A model generated the notes under the pieces. That model had not been told where the DNA came from. It made no database searches and saw nothing but the letters and a program-made list of their open reading frames with translations. A stretch of 64,000 nucleotides of DNA from the human T2T-CHM13v2.0 reference genome, Homo sapiens. This document shows, piece after piece, positions 20,480-34,610 of the stretch. Positions within the stretch are counted from its first letter, which is position 1; each line of letters opens with the position of its first letter. The translations under genes and the position numbers were made by a program. The DNA lies in NCBI RefSeq assembly GCF_009914755.1, contig NC_060933.1, one strand, 5' to 3'.

Positions 20480-20725
20480 GAAAACCAGTTGCGTAGTTGA
20501 AAGATCATAGACACAAAGGACAACCCTGCACTTGACTCTCAGTTCTGCTAACTTTTAGCTGTTTTATTTTAAGCAAGTTACCTACCTTTTCTGGGTGTCA
20601 GTTTCCCCTTCTGTAAATTAGAGATGAAAACAAACCACATAGAGTTGTTTTGAAGATTCAAGGAGAAAACGTGTGTTAAATATTTAGTACATAGTATCAG
20701 TTTAATACATGATTAGTATTGCAGT
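20480..20725 (+). mobile_element. MIR
   Basis: gcaagttacctacc...tcagtttccccttctgtaaa core. Confidence 0.7.
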
Positions 20726-20756
20726 TATTCTCATTCTTATCATCCTCAGAATTCAA

Positions 20757-21802
<1,046 letters not shown>

Positions 21803-21995
21803 CTCAATGAACAAAGTTTAATCAGATCTGCCAGAATAATTAAACAGCTGTAGTAAAGCCAACGGCATAGTTAAACTCATAGGAGGGTTTTTGGAAGGTT
21901 AAAGTGAAGACTCCATGTTCCTTCAACTCTAATCTGATTCCTTTATCTCAGAATGATGTTGAGATCCTGCGAATCTTTATTTTCCATAGAAGCAA

Positions 21996-22060
21996 GCATG
22001 CATGCATGCACGCACACGCGTGCGCGCACACACACACACACACGCACACGCACACACACA
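21996..22060. repeat. Mixed (GCAT)/(CG)/(CA) alternating purine-pyrimidine microsatellite
   Basis: 65 bp of uninterrupted RY alternation. Confidence 0.95.
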
Positions 22061-23079
22061 GAGTCTCTGGGGCCCATAGAGACACAACCTGGAAACAGGG
22101 CTTGCCAGGATTAGAGAGCCAGGCCAGCCCATGTATCATTCACCCAGAAGACAGCGCTCCATGGAGAAAAAGAACCTCATAGTCTCCTAACAAAGAGGAT
22201 AATAAATTCCGATTAGCCAAGGAAGCTCTGAGTCTAAATACCAGCAAAGCTCAGCCCCTGCAAGTGGGGACGAATTATTTGAAAGGTCATCCTAGAGACA
22301 CTGAACAAAGGGCCTCTAGCAGCTGGGTTTCTTAATTTGAGGAAACACTGAAGCCTTTAAAGAAGCCAGAGGCAGAACTGGAGAGATGGGAAAGTGGAGC
22401 GGCCTTCTGAGCACAGGGAGGATTTAATAGGAAGGGAAACACAAGCCCCGCAGGAAGCTCTGGGACCTGGCAGCCATGGCTCTCTCTGCCAGGCTGACGG
22501 CCTCTGGAAAGAGCCGCCATCTCCTGTGCTGGGCCAGGGTGGCCTTTTTTGGCACTGTAATAAAATAGGATGGCTCTGATCTCAGTGATTAAAGCTTTAA
22601 AACCACAAGCCTCTGGGAGGGAGTAGACTCAGAGTAACAACCCGTACACCCCTGTTCACTCTTCTCCAGGCTGTGGGCTGCTGACAGAGCCCAGTCTGTC
22701 TCCAGAAAATTCCAGGGGCCTCTCAGGAGTCTAAGGCCAAGCCTCGACCAGTGGCCTCTTGCCTGGGTCCTGTTGTCACAACCCCAGCGGTTGAAAGATG
22801 GAAAGCTCCGTGGGAGGGCCAGGTGGCAGGCACGAAGCAGCCTGCTGGCCTGGAGCCATCCCCAGCTTCCAATAACCCCTCTGTCTAGAAAACCAAGGGA
22901 AGGAGAATGAAAGGGTCACCTTACTTGGGTAAAAACCTGAGCAATTGGCCTCATCCTGGACAGAGGGCACCCCAAGGGTAGACCTGAGTCAAATTCCTGA
23001 GTCTCTCAGGGAGCAAGGGGCTAGCTAGCACTGGTATGTTTCGAGCCAAAGACCATGCTAACAAGAGAAAGAAAAGAAT

Positions 23080-23430
23080 ATATATGGTGAACCAAGTGCT
23101 TAGTGAGGTTTTCCTATTGACTTTAATCCTCACAACAAGTTTGTGTGGTAGATAATGTTGTTCCCATTTTAGACAAAAGGGAATGGGGTACAGTCAAAAT
23201 TTGAACCTGTATCTAGATGGCTCTAAAGTTGTCTCCTCTATACCACACTACCCCTAAATTAAGCCTTTCACAAATACTAGTTTCCTATGCCTTGAAAATA
23301 GTCTCTAATTCATATATTTGAGACACAGAAAAGTTTAGTAGCTTGCCAAATATACTGTCAGTGAGTTACAGAACTGAGACTAGAATTCATTTCCAACTGC
23401 TTCCAAAGCTGATGTTCATTCTTCCATGCC
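23080..23430 (-). mobile_element. Two MIR fragments
   Basis: ttaatcctcacaacaa...cccatttt; gaactgagactagaattc. Confidence 0.6.
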
Positions 23431-24329
23431 TCATATATCTTTAGTTAAAATAAAATAATCCTGTGGCTTTTTGCCAATCAGCAAACATTTTGCTCCTTCA
23501 GTTTTGAAGCCTTAGCCCTTTAAAGAGTAGCTCAGTAATTATGCTGCCCCAGTGCCCCAGAAGTCACAGTTTACTGCAGAATGAGGTGATATGAAACAAA
23601 ACAGACACATCTCCAGGCCAAAGAAAGGCTATCTGGACTGCACAGACTTGATGACTTTTATTGAGATCTGAGGTCCATTTATGTACAAAAAGCAGTGAAG
23701 GGAAGTGGCAGTATATATGTGCATTTGGCACATGTTTAGTTCCTGCTCTGGCAAATGATTCTAGTTTTTTGGTTTTGGTGAGAAAAGACCCAGTGGGCTT
23801 GAGCAATAAAAATGACCAATCATTTTATGGAGAGAAATTAGATGTCATTAGCCAAAGTAATAAAAGCAACTGTCTCTTCCAAGATTCATGTATTCCAGCA
23901 AATGCAGGCATCTCTCTTCTCTTCAGACTTAAATTCTGCAAGTATGTTAATTTGCATAGGAAATATATACTTTTATAATCAGGTACCTCTCTTAGTTTCT
24001 TGGGGGAAATGTTCCCAAAGGCAGGAATATGCAAATTGAATAAAATGGAAATTATCTAGGATATTGCATATCACCTTATAATTTCAGTCAAAATGGCAAA
24101 GCCCACTTTAAGGATTACTCATGCCTAAAGGAAAGGGAATAGTTAAACCACAAAGGCTTGAAGGAGACCTCTTATATTGTTAAAGAACAATCCTAGGGCC
24201 ACTCAGCTCCTATGAGCACCATCCTTGCAATAGAGACTTTCATATTAAAGGAAGAACAAAGGATGGGAAGTCTTTAGCAATAGGAGAAAGGCTTCCATGC
24301 AATACTTGTGGTTCCAGCAATATGCACAG

Positions 24330-25250
24330 TAGATGTTCTGAAAAAACTCCTTCCACATATAAATGCTAGATAAAATATAACAAACATCCTTTCAGATGCA
24401 TGGCTGAGCTCACAAGAAAGGGAAATCCCCAGAGGTCAGAGGTCAGAAATGAAGAAGAAACTCAAAAGCAAGGTTGTAAGCATGTGTGCTTATGCTGTTG
24501 CTTCCCTGAGGTGACAGAGGGCAGGCACAGTCACTCATGGTAATCTAGGAGTTTGGATTTTAATGCCCATGTTGTGAAAGGAAATGAAGTCTTGTGCTTA
24601 TGAAATGTGGGAAGAGTCAGAACTTACACACGCATAAAACCAGGACCCATGAAGAATAACACATATGATAAAAGGATACACCAGAAATGAGCTGCCTATC
24701 CCCAAAGACAGATAAGAGGAAAGTTTATCTCTCTCAGCTAGGTTGTGGTTAGGATAATATATTCTTGAAATCTGTAAACACCAATTTGAATAACATGTAT
24801 GCCTGGGGCTCTAATTTATATTACATAATCCTGGAACCTCCAAGCTAGAATATTATACAGAATAGGTCCTAGGCTTTTAACATCCCTAGAGACTCTGGAA
24901 TACCACTCTTATGGACAAATACTTTCAGTCAAAAATGAACATGATTCCTATGGATAAAGACCCACTCACAATAAACTCTCAATCCTAAACTAAAAACACA
25001 TCAACAATTGATCTATTGTGAGTGGCTATCAGCAGAAAAAAAAATTATAGAGTTAAGCCCTAAAGAACTCCAATAATTAACCAATTTCATAGAGACTATA
25101 CAAGTATATTTAAATAGTTTAAAGGCATAAAAAAGAGCTGCAAAAATGAGACACTGAGAAAAGAATAGATACTTTAAAAAGAATTAGAACTTATAGAAAT
25201 GAAAAATATAGTTATTGAAATAAAAAATTCAATAGACAGTCTACAACTAA
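24330..25250 (+). mobile_element. Very old L1 (L1M/HAL1-like) 5'/ORF1 region
   Basis: A-rich ORF1-like tagaacttatagaaatgaaaaatatagttattgaaataaaaaattcaataga. Confidence 0.55.
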
Positions 25251-25409
25251 GCAAAGACCTTTTGTTTACAAAAGACCAACTGACTGATAAATTTGAGGTT
25301 ATAAATTGAAGCTACCTGACACAGTGGAGAAAGCATGGGCCTTGTGGCCAGACAGACTAGACAGAATTCTGTAGAATGTGCACCACATCAAATTATAAAC
25401 TAGTATCTG

Positions 25410-25630
25410 GTACTTATGAAATGCTTATTATGTACAAAGCAGTATCATAAACACTTTATATATTATTTAATATAATTCTTACAATAATTCTGTGATATAG
25501 GAATCAGTATCTTCATTTTACAGGTAAAGAAGCTGAGAATTAGGACGGAAAGAGCTTGCCCCACATTCCACTGACAATTGAAATCGCTAGGATTCAAACC
25601 CAGGTCTGTCTCACCGTCTTAACCACTGAG
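25410..25630 (-). mobile_element. MIR
   Basis: cattttacaggtaaagaagctgag...ggattcaaacccaggtctgtc. Confidence 0.75.
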
Positions 25631-26819
25631 ATTTGTAGCCTGTCCCATTAGACTGAAATCCTATTTGAATCAGCTGTGTAGGTTTACATTGCCTGAGAGT
25701 AGGAAAAAAGTATTTTCATCCTGAAGACCTAATAGAGCCTTTCAAGAATGTATTTTACAGCTCTTTTCTTGCTGATAGTAGCAGAATTTGATCTACAGCT
25801 CAAAGTGTAGGCCCAGTTGAATGTGGAAGACTTGACGGGTTAGACAGGCATCTTATGTCAGAAGACGCAAGGGGCCAGTTCTTTAAGTCTGGAAAGCTCA
25901 GGCTAATATTAGTGATCAGAGCCTGTCATGGAAGAATTTGAGAAGTCAGTAAAATGTTGAAGGATTGGGGTGACTTTGAAAGTCAAGGCTAGCAAAATGT
26001 TCAGAATTTAGTGGTTCAAATGGTTAGGGAGATTAGTATTATCAAAGTGCAATTCTGAATGAGATCTGGATCAGAAATTAGTCATCATTTTTCTGTTCTC
26101 TTATTCTCTCATATTTCCTCCTGAGGCTGGTTGCTTGAGTCCTTAGAGGAAGCCCAGAAAGTAAAGATGACCTTGCCTCTGACTAAGGCAGAAAATCATT
26201 AGGCTCTGCTTGATGTGTCCTATCTCAGGTTATATCTCCAGAAGAGGATAATGCTCTATTAACATCTTGTTCAGGTAACCATATTACTACAGTTGTTATA
26301 CAAAAACTAGAGCTGATTAGAAGCATTTCTAAGAATACGTATTTCATATTTCACAGCTAGTTTCTCAGAAAACAGTGTAAACAATCACTAAGCATTTTAA
26401 AAAATTAATGCAAAACCCCAGGAACCTTGCATGGAATGATTTATGTTACATTTGTAACATAAATATAATGCAAATGAACAAAAATAAAAGCTTAAAAAAT
26501 GTATATTGGGACTTTTTTTGACTTTTGGATAGGCTGTTGAAAGGTCGGTGAGGATTGAAATACTTATAATGATAACAAGAATTTATTTTTAAAGCCTTTT
26601 CTCAAGGAATTCTCACAATCCTCTTGAGTCTACACCATTAGACTTAATTTACAGATGGGAAAACTTAGGCAAGGGCAGTTAATGAAAATTGCCTAAGATA
26701 AAATAATTCATTAAGTGACAAACCATACTCTAAATTCAAGGTTTCCCAATTCTAAATCTCATGCACATTTCAATATGTCTGGTTAGCAACTTGGTAGCTG
26801 ACTTAAAGCACATGCAAAA

Positions 26820-27212
26820 ACTATGGGTTAAAGGAATCTAACAAGGTGAAATTTATCAAGGATAAACTTAAGGTACTGCCTGAATTTATGCCAAAATACC
26901 CTCAAATAAGTGAGGTATAATGTCCCAGCAGCTCATTGAAAAAAGACTCAGGAAGTCTGGTTAGCAGGAAGAACAGCATAAATCATTATATGTGACAGGA
27001 CCACAAAAACTGAAACTTTAGTGACTTTATGCTACATCAAGAAGACAGACAACTCCTGGAACATCTTGCTCCATTTTGGGGTTTATGCTTTAAGAGGAAG
27101 CTATATAAAGTGAAAGACGATCCCCAAAGAGAAAACAAGATGGTAATGTACCAGAATGTCACCATATAGAGAAATGATGAAAAAACTCAGCATGTTTAGC
27201 TTGGAGAATCAA
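26820..27212 (+). mobile_element. L3/CR1 RT fragment
   Basis: acaaggtgaaatttatcaaggataaacttaaggtactgc; gaaaaaagactcagg; catgtttagcttggagaa. Confidence 0.65.
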
Positions 27213-27304
27213 TGAGATGAATTCAAGATATTCCCACCCCCAGGCAAATATAGAAACCCTAGGACTTTTAAGAAGAGGATAATTTACCTGGGATAATATG
27301 GCTG

Positions 27305-27575
27305 CTACAGTACTGGACTGTGGAATGATACTTGTCTGGGTTTGAATCCTACTTTCACTACTTACCAGCTATACTTACCACCTTGGGCAAGTTATCTAAT
27401 CCTTTGGGTAAGTTATCTAACCTGTCTCTCAGTGTTCTCATAAATAAAATTAGACTAATAAGAGTACCTTCCTCCTAGGATTATTTTGAGGATTAAATGA
27501 GTTCATACAATTCATAAATTTAACACAAGCTATTGCTATAGCAGAGCAGAAATCTCATTAAGTATTATTTGTTGA
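27305..27575 (+). mobile_element. MIR with an internal ~21-bp duplication
   Basis: ctgggtttgaatcct...ttgggcaagttatctaatcct ttgggtaagttatctaacct. Confidence 0.75.
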
Positions 27576-28056
27576 TGCTATTATCCTTTCTCCAATTAAG
27601 TGGGCCATTCACTACCCAAGAGAAGAATCTGTCTTATAGGCATAATGGCAGCTAGGAGATGGGTCTCCACTTCCTCAGCATTTGAGACTCCCACACTCAC
27701 CTCAGATGAGTCTTTCATTTCCATGAAGTGCTCTCAATGCCTGAAACATTTGTACCAAAATCTAAACCATCCCAAAGAACAGAAATGCCTTTTAAAACAC
27801 AATCTCCTAGATTTACCATCTTCTACATACCGGCTGTGTGATCTAGAGCAAGTTAATTTGTCTCTCAGAGCCTCCGTTGCCTCATCTGCAAAATGCCTTG
27901 CTGTAGGAAAGATGACTGAGAAAATGTGTGTGGCTGTTCCCAGTGTCAGCCTACTATAGGCAAAATGATCAGGAAATGCCTTTTTTCTTTCCATAACTTA
28001 AGAAGAAGCTGTGACAACGTGATAGTTTTGAAATACATCCATGTAGTCAAACAGGC

Positions 28057-28418
28057 TATATTAGTCTATTTTCATACTGCTATGAAGAAATACCCAAGAC
28101 TGAGTAATTTATAAGTAAAAGAGTTTTAATGGACTCACAGTCCCACATGGCTGGGGAGGCCTCACAATTATGGCAGAAGGTGAAGGAGGAGCAAAGGCAC
28201 ATCTTATGTGGCCACAGGCAAGAGAGCGTGTGCAGGGGAACTACCCTTTATAAACCATCAGTTCTCATAAGGCGTATTCACTATCACAAGAACAGCATGG
28301 GAAAAACCCGCCCCCATGATTCAATTACCTCCCACTGGGTCCCTCCCATGACACGTGGGGATTATGGGCACTACCATTCACGATGAGATTCAGGTGGAGA
28401 CACAGCGAAACCATGTCA
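28057..28418 (-). mobile_element. MaLR solo LTR (THE1C-like)
   Basis: Complete ~360-bp THE1 LTR; perfect TSD caggc at 28052-28056 and 28419-28423. Confidence 0.92.
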
Positions 28419-28723
28419 CAGGCACTGAGCCCCATGATGCTATGAACACAGGGATGAATAATGTATGACCCCAACACTGAGTCTGCTCATGGTCTGGAGG
28501 AAGAGGAAGTAAATAAGCAAGTGCCTAAGAACATGGCAGTAGCTAGTGATCTCAGGCAGGTTGGAATCATGGATGGGAGTAAAGGGCAGCAACCACACTG
28601 CAGGAACTTGAGGAGCAAGCAAAAGTTGGAGTTAGGAGATGATAACAAATATACCACACTCTTAAGAAACTAAAATGGAGAAAGAAGGAAGGAGAAGGAG
28701 AGGGATATCCAGAGTTATCAGAG

Positions 28724-28761
28724 GCGTGTGTGTGTGTGTGTGTGTGTGCACGTGTGTGTAT
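28724..28761. repeat. (TG)n microsatellite
   Basis: Direct reading. Confidence 0.95.
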
Positions 28762-30379
28762 TTGTCTGGGGCCATATTTATAATCTGAAAAAAAGAACTA
28801 GTAAACAGGGAATAATTAAATATCAACATGACAAGGGCAGCCATTGTGCAAGTCCAGTTGTCAGAGTTGACTGACAGGTGTATAGATAGCTCACCTCACC
28901 TTTACATCGGGGTGGAAAGCCACAGTGGACCTTAGGACAAAGGGACAGTTCCAGAAGTTCCTATTCTAGGGATACAGCCAGACCCTCAGCACCTCCACAG
29001 GGGATGGATGTTATCCAGAGCCCTGAAGTCACCCATGAAGACAGCAGGAACCTCCCGAACTCTTCTTTGCGGTAGAGGGCCTGAGTGAAACACTGACAAA
29101 CCACAAATTTGTTTCTTGCTTTGTTTTTTTGGTGGTGGTGTTTTTCCTTGGGAACTGGCACATTTTGCATTGAGGGTTACACAAAGCAAAACAGCTCTAG
29201 TGTCAAATGGAAATCCAGCAGGCTCTTCCCAAGATGTACGCTTCCTTTGTACAGGCCGCCGACTTGGGAGAGGGGGCCCAGGACATAATGCCTGTGCCTC
29301 TTGGGAAGCACATCCAGACAATGGTCTGTGTGTGAAAAGGGGAACAGATTAACCAGGACCGGGGTATCTCCCAATTGCTTTTCTTAAAGAAAGACTCTAT
29401 TGCCAGGAAGCAAAGCACACACAAAAACAATACCTAAGCTAACAGAGTACTGGCTTTAATATACTCAGAAATAACAGAACACGGGCAGGCTACAACTTTC
29501 CAAATCCCCTTGAAAATCCTTTGCCAGAGCAGAGATGGTTTGTCAAATCTATACTCTTTGTTTAATACGTTTGTTCTTTTGTTTGATCAAGGGGGGAAGC
29601 CGTCTAACTCATTATATTGGGGGAGCTGCATTCATTCCTTTGTGCTTCTTTTTCTTCTTCTAATCTTTATTAAAATCAAAAGAAGAGCCACTCTAATCCT
29701 TCAAATGATAATTTATTTCTCAACCTACAAAGTCAGAGTCTTCGCTATTATTTTAAAAACAAATCAATGCAACAATTTTAATTAAAAATGAAACAGAGTG
29801 AACCTAAAAAATAAATAGGCATTTGTTAGATCAACGAGCAAACTTGTTTACAATTAATGGGCAACAGGACTCCTGGTGATAAAGAAAGGGTTTTAAAGCA
29901 CCAGAATGTTTCACTGCAGTTGGTAAATTCTCTGGACTTTCATTTGAGTCTTCAGAGAGAAAAATACATCTAGAAGTCTCCTAATGAAATGTCCTGACCC
30001 TGGGAAATTTTATGCTTCAAAATGTGCTCTACCCACTGCCCCAACTGTCCCCCACTCCCATCTCTGCCAGCAGCTTCCTTGGCTAGAAGACTCAGTGGGT
30101 TCTCTTTTAGCTGGGGTTATTCATCTCAGATAGCAGAGCAGGTTTGGCATTCTCACAAGGAAAAAAAAAGGCTCTGTATTAAGGAGACATGCTTTGGCCT
30201 GCTCATTGGTGGGTGGGGCTGGTGGAGTGGACTGATGATGATCTTTAGGAAGGCTCAGGTTTCTCAAGCAGGAGAGAAAACCACATGTAGTAGGAAGTGG
30301 ACTTTCTCCCAAATACCACTTAGGAAAAAAAAAGTGATTTCCTGAAAGGAAAGCTAATGGAAAATGAACTTAAATATGT

Positions 30380-30790
30380 AAATTTATTCAGTGTGTATCT
30401 TTTATTGAGAAGCTACTGAGTTCCAGCAATGGCATTTAGGATTGAATTTCAAGAGATGATCTTTCAATTGGTTTATGGTGGTCCAGCAGTCTCCCAGCTC
30501 TGTCTCTGTGGCAAGCCTGAAAAGAGGAGTCACAGAATCTAAGTTCATGGTTCAGTGGAGGAGGCAAACCATGTGATGAAGGCTATGGCAGACATGGATG
30601 CTAAGTGCTGTGGGAGGGGACATGGAGGGAGAGAGAACCTCCTTTGGAGTCACCTGTACCTCTGGACCAGGTCAGGGAAAGCTGTAGGGAAGAGGTGCTT
30701 TTCAGATGGGCTCTGAAGAATAAGTAAGACTTAAGCAAGTGGATGAGGATGAAGAAGAGCATTCGTGGCAGACCAATACGAGCAGGCTCA
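30380..30790 (-). mobile_element. L2 fragment
   Basis: ttttattgagaagctact; gtcagggaaagct...gaagaggtg. Confidence 0.55.
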
Positions 30791-31194
30791 AGTACTGTAA
30801 GAATGTAAGAATGTAGAGGAGTGCAGGGATGAGGGGCAGATGGTTATAATGGTGTTTTTTTCCCCCTCATAAACTCCTATTCCTCCTTCCAATGTTAGCT
30901 TAAGCTTTATCTCTGAGAGGACTTCCCTAAGCTGCCTATCTTGGTTCTGGGGACTCCCTGCACAGTACTGTGTGTCACTTGTTGATTCCCCCACTAAACT
31001 GTGCCCCTTAACCTGCTCAGTCTCTCTCCCCTTCATTCCCAGCACCACAGTGCCTTGAGAAGTGGACTGAGCAGGAGGCCAGGGTCAGATGCTCAGATTT
31101 TCAGGGTGGAATGAGATATAACACCTCTGTTAATGCTGCAGCAAAAAAATGCAACTGAAGTGTGTTTGTGTCTAAACTCCTTATGCGGCCCTGG

Positions 31195-31637
31195 ACACTA
31201 TGATTGGCTGCCCAGGTACCCCTTCAGGAATGAAGAATTTGTCACTGCATGGAAGGATTTCTGTGGGCAGATAGCCCTCAACTGTTAGCCCCTGAAGGGT
31301 CTCAGCTGAAGAGATGACCTGACCCAAGTTCACACACTCTTCCAGAGCCATCTGCATCCAGTGACTGATTGTCAGGGTGTTTATATGCTCAAGCTTCTCA
31401 ACCTAATATTAGACAGCTCTCAAAAGCCATCATCCCATCTTCACAACTTCCTGTGGATTCGTTGTGAACTCCTATGCATCAAGACTAAACCACAGCTTGA
31501 CTTCTCTCTCTGCCCAATTGATCCTGCTTTCTTCTCTTTCCTTCCAAGCTCTTAATCCTAAGAGTCCTCCCCAAAAGATTTCCTCCATGCTACTCTCTAT
31601 ATTAGGATCTGCTTCTGAGACAATCCAACCTATTATA
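31195..31637 (+). mobile_element. ERVL solo LTR (LTR16C-like)
   Basis: ctcagctgaagaga, catccagtgactgat, cacagcttgacttctctctctgcccaa, ending tctgcttct...ccaacct. Confidence 0.7.
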
Positions 31638-31799
31638 GCCTCTTGAGGGTCCAGCCTCAGGGAACCCAGGGTTGACCTGTCACGGTCACACTTAGCATAC
31701 CTGGTAGGTTTGTTTTTTGTAAAAGCAGATAATTTGAGAGGAATTGTAAACAATTAATAAGTCTTGTGAACACGACTATGTTAACAAATCATCAGAAAA

Positions 31800-32290
31800 A
31801 AACAATTAGCAAATTAAGAAAAATAGCATCCAGGTCTGGCAATTTTGTGAGTGTTCTATTCTGGAGAAAATAAAAATTAGTACAGGTCTTCTAAAAAGCA
31901 ATACGATAACATATATCAAGAATTATAAATCATTCCAAACATGGAATTTATCCTGAAGAGATCATTAAAAAGAATAAAATGAATCTATACAGGATGATGT
32001 TCTTTGTAGCATTAACTCGAATGAGAAAAAAAGTGAAACACCCCAGCTATCCAACATTAGGGACAATAATACTGTGGAACGATCTGCAGTGATAACCATG
32101 AAGACTAAATGAAAAGCACAATGCACTTATGATATAATTATAGGGGAAAGAAGCAAACATTTTAAAAGTTCATTATGACTACCTAAAATCTAAGTGGATT
32201 CAGATAAAGTAAGTAAAAGGAGATGACACAAAATGATTTTGAATGATTTCTTTTCTTTTTCCAAATTTTAGTGTCATCACATTCTTCCCT
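31800..32290 (+). mobile_element. L1ME-type 3' fragment
   Basis: ggaatttatcctgaagaga...ggatgatgttctttgtagcatta; highly degraded. Confidence 0.5.
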
Positions 32291-32496
32291 TTAAAAAATT
32301 TAACTAGCAGATTATTTGCATGATTTGACATCTAGTCTTCTTGCATGAGCAAAAGGGAGAGTAAATATAAAAGAACAGAAAATCAGACCTCAATAATATG
32401 GGCCTAGAATGTGATATGACCTTTCCCTGCCCCCAACTTTCTGAAAGAGATCAAGGTCTTGAAGTGGATGGATATAATTTGACAGCTGCTCTTTGA

Positions 32497-32874
<378 letters not shown>

Positions 32875-33164
32875 TCCATGGTTTAATTAAAAGAAGTTCT
32901 TGTTCTCAGTCTATTGGGGTCAAAGAAAATTACTCTTCCGTATACCATCTCCTTTTAGTCACCATGCACATTTAGTCAATCCCCTTTATAGCAGAAGAGA
33001 CATCTCCAGCCTTCTTAAGAGAACTCCTTCAGGAATCCCTTCATTCCATGATTCTTGGACTCCTGATTCTACTTTGCATCATGGTACCTGGACTGTATGA
33101 CCTGGTTTCCTGGACTCTCCTTTAGCTATGATAACCCAAGTAACAACATGTGTTATCATCACAG

Positions 33165-33400
33165 CTTCCAGTTATTTTGTATTTCTGTGTGCTGAGCACT
33201 GTGCTTAGCTTCTTATCTATATTTTATCATGTAGTGCTTATAACAACTCTATGACTATTATTATTCCCACTTGGAAGATGAAGACACTGAGGTTTCAGGA
33301 AATTAAAAACTCAGTGCAAGATCATAAGTCCAGAAGGGTTCAAGAACAAGATTCAAACCAGGTTTGCAACCAATAAAAACTATGTCTCAACCATCATGCC
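33165..33400 (-). mobile_element. MIR
   Basis: attattcccacttggaagatgaagacactgagg. Confidence 0.7.
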
Positions 33401-34344
33401 TGGAGATCATGCTGATTCACACAAAAGTCAACATTCTGCTCTTTCCACTGAGGAGCATTTCGGGAAATTCCCTTCTGTCATTTGCCTTAAAAACTCCATA
33501 ATCCTTGGGAGACACAACTGTTGCTTTGCAAAGCAATTACATTAAATATGCATCAGACTGCTTAGCTTGTCCTGAAAATGAATTAGTCACCTTTCTCTTT
33601 TTTTTCCTCACTCTGCATCTTTTTATACAAGGAACTTGGTGACCCTGCCCTGGTGTGTGCACGATAGAGGGCAGGGAAGAGAATAAGCAGAAAAGGGAAA
33701 GAAATACGTGGGGATGAATCTAGCTCATGTCCAGAGACTCAAATGGGAATGCCCTGTGGAAATGAACTGTGAAGGCCTGGCCAACAGGGCTGTCTGTCTA
33801 GTACCTTCTGCCTACTGTGTAGCTTCACAAAATAATTATCATAGGTTAATCAGGTCGGCAAACTTGCCGGGCACTGAAAAGCCGGGCAGCCTCAGGTGTG
33901 CTCTCAGTGGGCAACCGCGGAGGCTCTCTGGCTGCTCAGATGAGCAAGTTACCTGGGAACAATTGATCTGCTGAGAAATCTGATGGCTGCCCCATGAGGG
34001 GAACCAGGTCACTAGGATCGCTGGGTGAAGGCTGCTCACCCTTCGAACAGTCTAACCCTCTGTGATCAGGCTGTTTTAATCCCCACATCTCAAGACTCTC
34101 ACAAATCTGGAACTGGTTTGTAGTCTAAGGCCCTGGCAGGGATAATATGTTTAATTGGCTTGAAAGCAGAAAACGCAAAGTACAGGACATGCAGCAAAGT
34201 TAGTTTTGTAATTACAAGAAGTCCGGTGCCCTTCAGAAGGGTTACATGTGGGTATTTCTCCAAAATGGATTGTTTTTTGTTTTGTTTTGGGGAGTTTGTC
34301 TTTTTGTTTTTGTTTCATGGTGTTTTTATCTACTGCATAGAATT

Positions 34345-34610
34345 TGGAGGAAAAAGCCCAGGATTTGAAATGTGGACAGGAATTTAAATCCTTGGTGGGC
34401 ACATAGCAGCTGTGTGACCATGGGCATGATACCTAACCTCTGTGAGGTACAATGGGAACAATTATATCCACCTCTTAGGGAGGTCATGAAAATAAATTGA
34501 GATCAAACATATGAAAGCACCCAGCACTGGCATACTCAGTCCATATTAGTTTCTCATTCTCTTCATTATTTTCATTATCATCTTTATCACATCCTCACCT
34601 TTTTTCATCA
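34345..34610 (+). mobile_element. MIR with a decayed (CAT/ATT) tail
   Basis: agctgtgtgaccatgggcatgatacctaacctctgtga. Confidence 0.65.

Noticed and set aside
25640-26100. Possible ancient LTR-like fragment, with a similar segment at 48480-48720
   Set aside because: Too degraded to assign to a family from memory.
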